From Cenococcum geophilum (taxonomy: Eukaryota): 64,000 nucleotides of DNA. Each line of letters begins with the position of its first letter. Position 1 is the stretch's first letter. Below the pieces are notes generated by a model. The model was not told the origin of the DNA and made no database searches. It worked only from the letters and a program-made list of their open reading frames with translations. The translations under genes and the position numbers were made by a program. The stretch is from the NCBI GenBank assembly GCA_050273025.1, contig CP158636.1, positions 2,232,001-2,296,000 on the forward strand, written 5' to 3'. Below are positions 26,158-38,181 of the stretch, piece after piece.

Positions 26158-26332
26158 TGTCTGTATAAGTAGAGGTTACGTGGTCATGTCTTTAATTAGT
26201 CATCCTTACGGTGACTTATCAGCCCCCTATTTAGGCACCGCGATCCTTACGATCCTCTGCAAAAGACACGAATAAATCAAGAACTAGTTACCATATATTG
26301 CAATTGCAGTACCCCCCCGGGTGATACCGACA
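26158..26332. mobile_element. Solo LTR (175 bp) of a family not otherwise present in the window
   Basis: TGTC...GACA inverted termini; TSD CTAGG at 26153-57 and 26333-37; host continues on both sides. Confidence 0.9.
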
Positions 26333-26718
26333 CTAGGTTTAAAGAACGATATATAAAAGGCTATTATAATGTAGTAATAAAAAGATACTTCCTTATAGAT
26401 AAGCTATATATACTCTAATAGCTATACTAAAAATAGTATAGGCAACGATATAATAATAAGTAGGAAGATTTTTATATATAATTAGATAAATAAGTTATTT
26501 AAAACTACCTAATTATAGAGAAGGCTATAACTTATTTTAAAGGAGCCTTAATTATAATATTAAAGGATTTAAAGAAATAATTAAAGGATTAGAGAAGTAA
26601 GAGATATATCTTAGTACCTATAAATAAAGTTATAACGTTTAAATTAATATAGTAAAGGTTTAAACTTAAAAATAAAAATAAGTTAAGAGTTAACCTAAAG
26701 CACCTAGTATATTATATA

Positions 26719-27737
26719 GTAGTAGTTCTTTAATTAACGTCTAATACGGATCCTATCTTGGCCCACGCAGACTACTCCGTCATAGGGGGGAAAACTTATA
26801 ATTTACATAAAGAAAACCCTGCAGTTAGGGGAGGAAAAACCCTATAAGCAGCCTCAGTAGGATAAAAAACCCCAATTTGCTATGTTTGTACGTAGCAGCG
26901 GCCCTACGGGCCTACTGCACGTCCTCCTCCTTAGATGTTTTGAACTCCTTAGAAACCATTACTTCCTTCTTTAGCTTATTAAAGCTAGGGTTTACTACGT
27001 CCCAGCTAGGCCTTACTAATCGATTGCTGTGTCTTATTGTCTCTTTATGTCCTATATCTTGCCTATCCCCTATATACTATCTCTTATATAGACCACTACT
27101 ATATACGCCTTACCTCCCCCCCCCTAGAGCTATTGAAGGCGTAAGGGGGATTCATCCATTCTAACTACCGTAATACTAATAAGCGAGCGGGATATTATGT
27201 GTATTTAGGTATCTTTTATACCTAGGCCTTAGCTAGGCCCTCTTTAAGGGTTACTACTCCGTTAAAAGGAGACAGGGAAAACCGTGGGTCGCAATCTAAG
27301 CTACTAGGTAGTATTTAGTAGTTAAAAACGGCGAGTAACCGCATGCTCCGCGGGCGACTGCCCTAGGGGTTAGGAGGGGCCGTATATTTGCTCGTTCGTT
27401 CGTTCGCTCGTACGCTCGTTCGTCCATTAATATAAGGTCGTTAATGCTTTCCATTGGGGGCTAGGGGATGCTTTTAAAAGCTATTTATCCACGTTAGATT
27501 ATATAGGTGCTTAGTAGGAGAACTAGTGGCTGTATTATAAAGGGGTACCGTTAGTAGTGGTTTTCGAGATCTCACCATCCTATGTAAAAACTTTTTACTA
27601 CGCCCCACGACGCACATAACCACTAGGTCCTACTTATACGCGCTATATAACGTCTCTGCGTTGGCTTTAGGTCTAAACTTCGAAGACTTAGGTTTGTAGC
27701 CGTCACCACGTATAGGTGCAGAATCTGTTTTTGACGG
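26719..27737 (-). mobile_element. Short non-autonomous non-LTR (LINE-derived, Tad1-like) insertion, ~1 kb
   Basis: 16-bp TSD CCTAGTATATTATATA (26703-18, 27738-53); minus-strand 3' end ...AATTAAAGAACTACTAC (short TAC/ACT tail); no RT motif seen. Confidence 0.8.
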
Positions 27738-28500
27738 CCTAGTATATTATATACTATTATAGATTATATATATAAATAATATATATAAAATGCATAAGAA
27801 TTTAAAAAAAAAAAAGAATTAGAAATATCCTATAAGGATATATTAAGCGCTAGATAAGTAATAGTATTAAAATGCTAAGTATATATATAGATAGCATTTA
27901 ATAGAAGTTTAAGAGTTAGGAGACTTAATACTTTAACTAAGAAGATTTCTTATGAAAGAATACTTAGATAAATAATAGTAGTAGAAATACCTAGAGAATA
28001 TATATTTATAGTATATTAAAGATAAAAAGTAAACTAAGTATTAGCTAAAGAATAAGCTAAGTATAATAGGATTAAGTAGCTAATAGTTAGGAAAAGTAGA
28101 GGCCTATAGAATTAAAGGGAGCTAGTAATAGAACTTTAGACCCTTAAAGAAATTTAAGGATAATACCTAAATTTATAAGTAAAGTAGTAAGATTAGAAGT
28201 TTAAAGTATTAATAAATAGTAAAGTAACACGAAACTATATCTCTTTAGTAGTAGTTAAAAAAAATAGGATTACCTTATAAATAAAAGGAGTAATCTTACC
28301 TATTAGTTATAATTTTAGGAGATCTAATAGCCTATAAAGGAGGAATTATTAATCTTAAAATAGGACCTATTTAAATAACCATTAAAGGAAATTAATTAAG
28401 ATATTTTTTAATATCCTACTACTAAGACGGGATAAGGTAATATTAAAAATGCCTTTAGTTATAGAAATATAACCTAAGGATTAATTAGATTATAGGTTAA

Positions 28501-31500
28501 TATTAGACTTATAAGGGGATATCACGTAGCTACGGTTTGTAGATAGTATGATAATTGTTCTTATTATATTAATAGGAATAAGGAAAGGGGTGAGGAACTT
28601 AAGGTTCCTCACCACGCTAGGGCCACGTCGACACGTGACGACCGCTTGCCTCATTCCCGACACTGGCAACTCTTCTTTTGTGGTTGCCATCTATATACAC
28701 TTATAGATTGCCACTATATAAAGATACAAAGCTAAGGAAAAGAAGAAGAAGATAAAGAAGGACGTTAGGTTTAATAAGAATATAAAGGGGGTCGCTAAGG
28801 CGCTAGTAGTAAGCGAGCTAATAGCGATTTTCCATCCCGGGGATAGAAAATCCTAATTGGCTGGTTTAAGTTAGGGTCTGCAGAATCTAACTAATTAGAC
28901 AACCTCAACCGCTGGTTAAAGTTCCTAAACATCTTAAGACCTTACGTGATTAAGAAATTTCTAGGGACTCCCTTTTAACCTAACCTTTAACTTGTATATA
29001 TAGAGTATTTATATTAACAAACGTCTCTAGTGCCTTATTTAGGTTCGCCTTCGTTATTATATTTACCAGGTTATCTTAGCTATTAATCTATTAAATCTTA
29101 AAGAGTTTTTAACGCTTATAGGATTGCTAAAGTGCCATAATATCAATTATAAGGCGCTTCTCCTTTGTGGTACTAAGCTTAACTAAACACTTATAGAGGG
29201 AAAATAAATTAGTGCACACGATTATAGGGATAATAGGAAGTTTAAGTTAATCTATAATTATCTTTAGGGTAGTTCTAATTATAATTGCTATATTAACTCC
29301 GCTAACTATTTTATATATCTCTAACGCTAAAATACTTTAGGTAACGCGCTTGCTCTTAGTTAAGCTCTAATAGATAAGATTACTATAGATTATAAAGTTA
29401 TTCTCTCTAGTAAATTCATTTGCGATAATAATCTTATATCCTAACTAGGAGCTAAAATCTTTATTATTTATAAACGATCCATTAATAAATATAAAAAGCT
29501 TAGCGGTAGGAAGATTAATAGGCACGTAGAGTAGTCCCCAATTAAGATAGTTTATTTGCTAGAAAAGACATTTATTTAGGGCAAGAACATTATTCTTGGT
29601 TGGTTCCTAGTGTTAGGCGGCAACGGAGAGATTAAATAAAGCCTTAGGTTAATAGATAGAAGTAATATAAGCTCTATAAGCGCGTTACTCCATGTATCCT
29701 TGCTTTAGGGAATTAACGTTAATAACGTTAATCTTCTTACCTTAACCCTTCTAGCGTAAAGTAATAAAATCCTTATTTAGGGAGAGGATGCATTTATTAA
29801 AGAGTAATGGTGTTATTAAGTTAAGCTTTTCCTTTGGCTTTGCTATAAGATTTACTTTTACTAGCTTATCCTCTTTAAGAGCTAAGAATTGGTTGTCTCC
29901 TAAGATAATTATATTATTAGTTTATATACCAATAATTTTAAATAGGGTTACTATAGTTATAATAAGGAAGCAGGGATTAAATATAGAAGTAGTTATTAAA
30001 AGCTTCTCTTTATAGTGCTTACTGTAGGTAGCCTACTAGTGAGTTCCTACCTTTACAATTCTATATAATAGCTTAAGCACAACTATAATTATGTCTTTAG
30101 GATACTAGTGGCGAATTTACTCCAGAAGGTATGCTAATATTAAGCGCTAAAGGTGCGTCTCTAATTGGGTATAGGCTTAAGTAATATCTCGCAAATAAAC
30201 TACTATTCTATTCTTTATTAAGGAGGGAGCTAATGCAATAATAACTTGCTGACTAGCTCGTTGAATTATAAGAGATTGTGTAAGAATTACCTCTTTGCTA
30301 TTATTATTGTAACCTTAGATAATAAGCCTTAATTTCTTAAATAGGGCGTTAGTAGCTTTGCCCTTAATCTCATTAACTATTTTTGACTTAAAGATGCAAA
30401 CTCCATCGAACTTAGTAGGGTTATATTTCTTGAATTTAAAGACTCCTCTTATAATAAGACCGTTAATCTCCTACTTATCGGATGCTTGGAAAGGAGCTCC
30501 TAGGGTTATAATACGACCTTCCTTTTAGAGCTGTTTTGCGAGCTTAAAGTTAGTCTTCTCTTTGGCTATTATAAAGGCCATTAATAACTTAACTTTATTC
30601 TTAATGGCGGCAATAAATTGTTCTTTAAAATTAATAAGGTGTTAGCGATTTTGTGATTCCTTTAGGCGACCTTTACTGCGTTATAGTTATAGCGCATCTA
30701 CTACAATTATATTGGGATTGTAGTCGCCTTCTAGAGTATATTAATCGTAGTTCTCTTTTAAGGCATCTTCTAGGGCATCCTGTAAAGGCTTAGAATTATT
30801 ATCTTTATAGTAAGGCTTAATAATAGTTAAACGGAATTAGGTGGGTTTGTAAGGCATCTAAATAGTATAAGTTTAACTATTAATTATAATAAGTTAATAT
30901 AGGCCTGACTATTTCCCCTTTTACGCTATACGCGTACTTTAGACTGGAGTGGTAGATTAAGCGTAGTTAAGGTATTTAGGCCATTTCTTATTCCTAGTGC
31001 GTTATTAACCTAGCGTATAGCATAGAGGCGTTGCACCTTCTTTATTGCCTTGCGAATTGCCTTAGCTTATTACATAACGGAGGGAGATAATAGAGAATTA
31101 TTAGTTATTTATGGGTAGGCGCTAAAGACTAGCAATATAGGTATGAGTCTATCTAGGCTAGCGGAATTGTTAATAGCTTTAACAGCTATTTATAAGGTAA
31201 GTTCTTTACTAGCGTCCTTTAGTTCTAAAGAGATAATCTTATATACGTGGCGTAATGGCGCATAATATTACTCCACTTTTCTAATACTATTATATGCCTT
31301 AATAGGGACTTCCTTAACCTTAATTGCTATTACCTTTATTTATTATCGGAACTCTATAGATAAGAAGTTCTTTCCTATATTATAGACGATTTAATTAGGG
31401 GGTCCTAGGTAGACATTAATTTAGTATAACTAAAGGGTATCCTATACGTTTTTAGCTAATATATCCTTTAAGAATTATACGGCTTAGAAGGAGGTTAAGA

Positions 31501-34368
31501 AGTTAATAACTTAGAGTACTGGCTTGCTACTAAGGTATATAACGTTAACAATAATATAGAAGTTAAAGTCGTAGTTATCTTTAAGGGTAAACTTAAATCG
31601 GCTAGGGGACCTCTAGTTTATTTAGTAGTAGTAGCAGTATTTTATAAAATGCTTAATTGCCTTAACCTTAACTTTATAGCCTACTTGCTAAAGAACCCTA
31701 AGTAATTGGTAAACTAATAGGTAACTAAAACAACGGTGTAGTTGGCGTAACTCTAACTTAGTTAAATGGCTCTAAGTAATACTCTTTTCTAGTTATTAAA
31801 GGAGCAGCTAAGGGTAACCCTACTTGCATATAATAGGCACCTAATTATCTCCCTGTATAAGTATATTCTTAAGGTTATTAAGCTTAACGCCTAGTTTATC
31901 TATATCTTTAATGCAAAATAGAAATAGGGTATTTATGGGAATAACGTAAAAAGTAATATACCCTAAGGGGGTTTAAACCCTAATTATGCCGAGAGAGATT
32001 ATAGTACCTTTGCTAAAATAAATTATATATTGGCCTGCCGTTAAATGGTTAATCTAAACAGAGCTATTAAGCTACTAAAAGGCTCGAACTTAAGGTTCTC
32101 CTACTATAGATACTCCTGCGGCTCTAGTATCCGGTATAATACTATAGAAGACGTTTGCCGAGTATCTATTATTAAAGGAAAACGCGGAACTTTTCTTTAG
32201 CTTATTAAAGATATTTAACTTTATAATAGAATGGAACGTAGATTGGTTATTAAGGATAGCAATAGTTTATATACCATTTACCTTACTATACTTAGTGAAG
32301 TATTAGTTAGGAGAGTAGTCTTTAATATCCATATCTATAAGGAGCTGTTCGGCCTTATTAACCTTATCCTTAAGGTCTTTTATACCTTTATATTAGACTA
32401 GAAAGCTTTAGAAGTAGGCTATAGTAACCTTACAATTTTTAACGTTTCTTATACTTTATTGGAACTTATTATATACCTCCTTTTACTTATTAAGAGAGTG
32501 TCTATTTAACTAGCAATTTGGCTTCTTATAAACGTAGCACTTTTTTTAACGGTTGTTCCGAAATAAACCTCTATAAGGACCTCTATAATTGCTTTATAAT
32601 TAACGTTAATTATACCCTTTATTATATCCCCTACTCCGGCCACCATATATTTAATTAGTCTAGTTATAATTATATTAGTCTAGAATCCCGGTTTAAATAG
32701 GGTTTTTAGTATAGAATTATTAGGGTTCTTATATTTGCATTATAGTGCCTATAGCGGAGCGTAGTTTGGTATATACTCCTTTAAATATATCTATAGGTTT
32801 ATATAGCGCTAAGTTATACTTAGGAACGCTATAGTATGCTAAGATAACCTAGTCCCTTAGACTGTTCTTGTTTTGGTAAGTTTTAGTAAAACTATATTAG
32901 ATTTTCTAGAGTTTATTAAAGAATAGTTAAAGATACTTTAAGTAAGTCGTTATTAGGTTAGAAGCAATAACTCTCTAGAATATAGTCTCCCACCATTCGG
33001 ATATATAGAGTTAGCGGTTTTTATTAGTTTTAAAGTAGGCTCTAGTAAGCTAAAGCATTATATTAAAGCTATAGTTTTTACCTATAATATAGTTGTAATA
33101 GAACGTTGCCGCCCGTCCCTTTAATATAATAGAGAAAGTATAATAGAACTGGTGGCGTTAAATTCTAACCTTATTACAGTAGTTATAAAAGACTATAGTT
33201 TTGCTCTGAGTATATTATACAATTCTCCTCTAAACTTCTTCTCTTCGTCTAAATATACCTTTATTAGATTTGTAACTTCTTAAGATAGAGGCTTATCGGT
33301 TGGCTAGGATAGAGGAGTTAGAGGTAGTAGAGGTAGAGGAAGAGCACCTCTAGGTAGGAGAGCACCTTTAGGTAGGAGAGTAGTGTTTTAGGGGTTTTGT
33401 TCCAAATTAAAGTTGCCTTTTAAAGAATATAGGTTGGTTTTAGGTTTTTATAGTTAACGTATAATCTTAGCTTCTGTCTATACTGGTTCTTCTATACTAG
33501 TAAGAACGGCGTAAATATTACTGGTAATTGGGTTACTATCTTTAGTAATATACACCCTATTCCTTTAAAGGGAGTTTTGAAAATCCTAAATAATATTAAT
33601 ATTGCTAAGTGCCTAGGTGTCGGCGGTCTATCCTATAAAATCCTCCCTAAAGTATTCCTATAACTGTAAATCGGCGTAATGGCTATCTTGGTAGAATAGA
33701 ATATAGTGTAGGAGAAAGCCGTTAACTTATTTTACGGTACAGGTTGTTATATTAAAGGTAAATGCGTCCTAATCTTTATTAATGAGTTTCGCGTATATAG
33801 CTACCCCTAGTAGTAAGGAGTCTCTCTAGTTATTTAGAGTAGCTATAGTTATATCTTTGGAGGAAGGGAATATTAGTAGTATAGGGATTGTTATTTGGTA
33901 CGCGTTTATAATATATATTTACGATTATAGGGCTTAGGACTAGTTCTAGCCTTAAATCGCAAAGACTTATAAAGTGTGTTATTCTGCGTAATGGACGCAA
34001 GAATCTATAATCTGGGGAAGGCTTAGGACTAGTTCTAGCCTTTAGATCCTTAGATTTGTGGAAGAGTTCTATTTAAGGTTTAGGACTAGTTCTAACCTTA
34101 AAAGACAGCTTCCCTTAGCACAAGTAGCACTGGTATAGTGGCTTATCTCTTCTTAGTGAATACCTAGCTGTTCTGTGGCATAACTGTGAAGTTAACCACT
34201 AATCAGTGTTGGACTCACAAGGGGATATCACGTAGCTACGGTTCGTAGATAGTATAATGATTGTTCTTATTGTATTAATAGGAATAAGGAAAGGGGTGAG
34301 GAACTTAAGGTTCCTTACCACGCTAGGGCCACGTTAACACGTAACGACCGCTTGCCTCATTCCCAACA
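28501..34368 (-). mobile_element. Ty1/Copia element M (same family as L, different LTR variant), full length
   Basis: 162-bp LTRs 28501-28662 and 34207-34368; TSD GTTAA; internal region collinear with L. Confidence 0.95.
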
Positions 34369-36615
34369 GTTAAGTTAATATTAGAGATATATAATAATAT
34401 AAAATATAATAGTAAACTAAGTTAGTATAGTACTAAGTTAGAGCGATATATAAAGAGACTAAATAAGGCTTAAGTTATATACTAAAAAGATACTATAAGT
34501 ATAGTAAAAAAAACTATAGAGCCTAGAAAGTAAAAAGTTAGTAAATTATATAGTATAGGACTATAAAATAAAGTTAAAACTAGAAATAAGTTTAAGGTTC
34601 TTTTTAACCTATAAGCTTACTAAAGAAGAGTCTAGAGTACTTAAAGAGTTTATTTAAAAGAATGTATAAAAGGGATATATTAAACTATTATAGTTATTAG
34701 TAGGTTATTCAGTACTATTTATACTAAAAAAAAATGGAAAACTTAGGTTATATATTAACTATAGGTAGTTAAATAGCATTACTTAAAAGGATAGGTATCT
34801 TTTACCTTTAATTAGTAAAATTTAGGATTAGATAGGTAATATATAAATCTTTATAAAGATAGATCTAAGATAGGCGTACTATTAGATTAAAATTAAGGAA
34901 GGTAATAAATAGAAGGCAGCCTTTAGATTAAGAGAAGAATTATATAAACTATTAATAATATAATTTAGGTTAATAAATACACCAGTAACGTTATAGAAAA
35001 GAATTAATAGTGTATTAGGAGAATACCTTAATAAGTTTATTATAGCATATTTTAATATTATTATTATCTACTTAATAACTAAGAAAGAATACAGGGAATA
35101 TGTTAAATAGGTTTTAAAGAGACTATAAAAAAATAGATATTAGTAGTAATTAAGAAATACGAGTTCTTTATAAGGAAGACTAATTTTATTAGATTTATTA
35201 TTAAACTAGGTTATATTAGTATAGACCTAAAGAAAGTTAAAGCTATTATAAGTTAGTAAGAACTAGAGAATATAATATAGTTAAAGTTATTTTTAGGGGT
35301 TTATAACTACTATAGAAGGTTTATAGTATAATAGTTAAAGAATATTAAACTATTTACTAGGCTTATAAAGAAAGAGAAACTATAGGTATAGGGAAATAAA
35401 TAAAAGAAGTTATTTAAAGAATTTAAGAAGCTGTTTACCTAGGAGCTAATTTTTAAAATTTACTAACTAGGACTAGATACGGTTATAGAAATAGATATAT
35501 TAAACTATATACTAGAAGTATATTTGCTATAAAAGTATAAGGACGTATAGTATCTAGTATTATATTATAGCAGAAAGATAATACTACTAAAGTTAAACTA
35601 TAACGTCTATAATAAGGAGTTATTAAATATAATTATAGTATTAAAGAAATAAAGAGCATTCTTATAAGGCGTAGAAAAACTATTTATAGTTAAAATAGAT
35701 TATAAAAACTTAATAGGTTTCCTAATAATAAAAGAACTTAATTAGAGATAGGTTAGATAGGCAGAAATACTTATAAAATACTATTTTAAGATTTAGTATA
35801 TAAAAGGAACTAAGAATATAAAAGTAGACGTATTTAGTAGAAAAGCTAAACTATAGAATAATAAAAAGCTATTAGGAGCAATGCTATACAGAGATAAGGA
35901 TAAATAGATTAGATATAATTACCCTAAGCTAGTAGTAACTTAAGAGGATAACAAACTAAAAAGAGTTTATAAAATACTAGAGAGCTTTTAGGTATAAAGA
36001 ATTCTAGAGGTATAACTAGAAGATTTACAAATAGATATATACAAAAATTAAGAAGTAAAGTATATCCTAAAAAGTATAGTAAAATATTTTATAGAAGATT
36101 TCTATAAAGAAATAACTTAAGAACATAATAGAGTAATAGGCTTAGTATTAAGACTTTAGGAAGAATATATTATTAATAAAATCTAAAATATTGCAAGAAA
36201 AGTAATAAAAGAGTATTTAAATTACTAAAGAAATAAACTAATAAGGTATAAGCTATATAGAGGGCTATAACCTATTAAAATACTAAAAAGACTATAGGAG
36301 GTTATATTATAGGACTTTATTATTAAGTTACTAAAGTTAAGAGACCCTATTACTAAATAAGAACACGACGTAATCTTAGTAATAATAGATAAGTTAACTA
36401 AATAGGGCTACTTTATAGCATATATAGAAGAAATCTTAGCGGAGAATATTACTAAAATCTATATTAAAGAAGTATTTATAAGATATAAAGTACTAAATAA
36501 GATTATATTAGATAGAGATTTAAGATTTATAGCAGTATTCTAAGAGGTATTCTTAGTAGAGTAAGGAGTTTAAGTAGTAACTTCTATTATATATTATTCG
36601 CAGACAGACAGTTAA

Positions 36616-37380
36616 TGTCACAGTACGTGCGGACTGTCAAGGTACGATGTACGAGGTGACTGTATATGATTGACAAACGATGTCGTGTCAGGATCTATGT
36701 AGGAGGTAAGGTGGTATATATACACGTCGCTCAGGGGTCAGGTCCGTGCTCATGCATACGCGTAGCCATAACAACGCGTCAGGTCAGTGCCGTGACAGTA
36801 TATCCCCCTTCCAAGGCGAGCTCCTGTGAGCCAAGTAACGGCAGTGAAAATGCGGAGGTAAAAAAAAATAGACCACATATATCCTCATCCTTCCAGTCCT
36901 CAAAGGTTCTCGTCCTTCCAGTCTTTAAAGGTCCTTGTCCTTACAGTCCTCGGACCCTCCTACCTATATCCCTACTACATCGCTCTCCGCTAGTGCTCGT
37001 CTCGAGCACTAAATAAAGCCGAAGGCGAAGGGGTAAAACAGAGGAGACGAAAAAAATTGTAACCGCGGGGCGTATTGCGGATATTAACTCTCGAAAGGCT
37101 CGAAGTTGCGGAGATCAAAGTTAAGGCGTAGACTCGAAAGGCTCGGGGGTTACAGAGATCGAGGTTATTGCGTAGACTCGAAAGGCTCGGAGTGCGGAGA
37201 TCGAGGTTAAAACGTAGATTCTTGTCGCGGTAAACTTGTAGTACTATCTGTGCGGATTCGAAGACGGAGAGACGGAGAGATTGAGATCGGTAACCTATAG
37301 TCTTACACTGTAATCAAGACACGAGGAATATAGCCCGCAGGGTGTCTCCCTGCAGCCGGCTTTAGAAACTCGGGACGTGA
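36616..37380 (-). mobile_element. Truncated LTR element (182-bp 3' LTR at 36616-36797, polypurine tract, 3' UTR), lightly RIPed
   Basis: TGTCAC...GTGACA termini; minus-strand AAGGGGGATATAC abuts the LTR; host C resumes about 550 bp further along its integrase. Confidence 0.82.
37090..37218. repeat. About 2.5 tandem copies of a ~43-bp unit (CTCGAAAGGCTCG...GAGATCGAGGTTA...CGTAGA)
   Basis: Unit starts seen at ~37090, ~37133 and ~37177. Confidence 0.8.
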
Positions 37381-37599
37381 AGTAGAAGCGTATAGAGGAT
37401 AAGAAGAAAATAAATAATAAGTTTTAAAGATTATTAGTTATAAGAATATTAATAATAAAATATAATATAAGGTTAAGTAAATACGCTATAATAAGACTAC
37501 TTAGGAGCTATTAAAGAATTTAAAAAATGCTATAAGAAAGGTATAGAAGTATTAAAAGAAATTAGGTCAGGTAGTGTTAATAAAGAAAAATTGCTAAAA

Positions 37600-38181
37600 A
37601 ATAAGTCACCTAAGGGGGACTTAAGAAGAGCAGTTACCGAACTACTTAGATTTATTTCCTTCTTAGTTAAAAGAGAATCTATTTTTTTATTACTAAGTTC
37701 CTATAAACCTTATTTTATAAGTTTTTACTCCTTAAAATAGACCTTCTTACAAACCTTCTTAAGATAGAGTAGTTAAGTAGATGCTGTAATATAAGCATTT
37801 AAGGCTTTCTATTCCGCATTCTAAAAATATTTTAACTTAATAAGGGCTTAAAATAACTCGCTATTAAGATAAGTAGCAGTAGATTAAACATAAAACCCTA
37901 AAATAGATTAATTAAAGAACTAGATAACTATTAAGAGTAATAAAGCGTATATATTTAGTATTAAATATAAAGCAAATATTATAGGATAAATAAATATTTA
38001 CTTTACTACACTTTAAGTAAGAGGACGGTTAGTATAAAGATAGACTTACTAGCGCAATATAAACTAATCCCTTTTTTATATAATAAGAACACGGAGATAG
38101 TATAATTTTACTAAGCAATAATATTGCAGCAATAGTGCGAGCATAACGTTAGGCGTGTAAAGAAGAAGAAGTTTTAGGTAT
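37600..38181 (-). pseudogene. Antisense Zn2Cys6-like accessory gene, copy in element C
   Basis: Collinear with 3070-3645, same intron position, different RIP pattern. Confidence 0.65.

Noticed and set aside
37090..37218. CRISPR-like array
   Set aside because: Contiguous tandem units without unique spacers, inside a retroelement UTR in eukaryotic DNA, and no cas genes.
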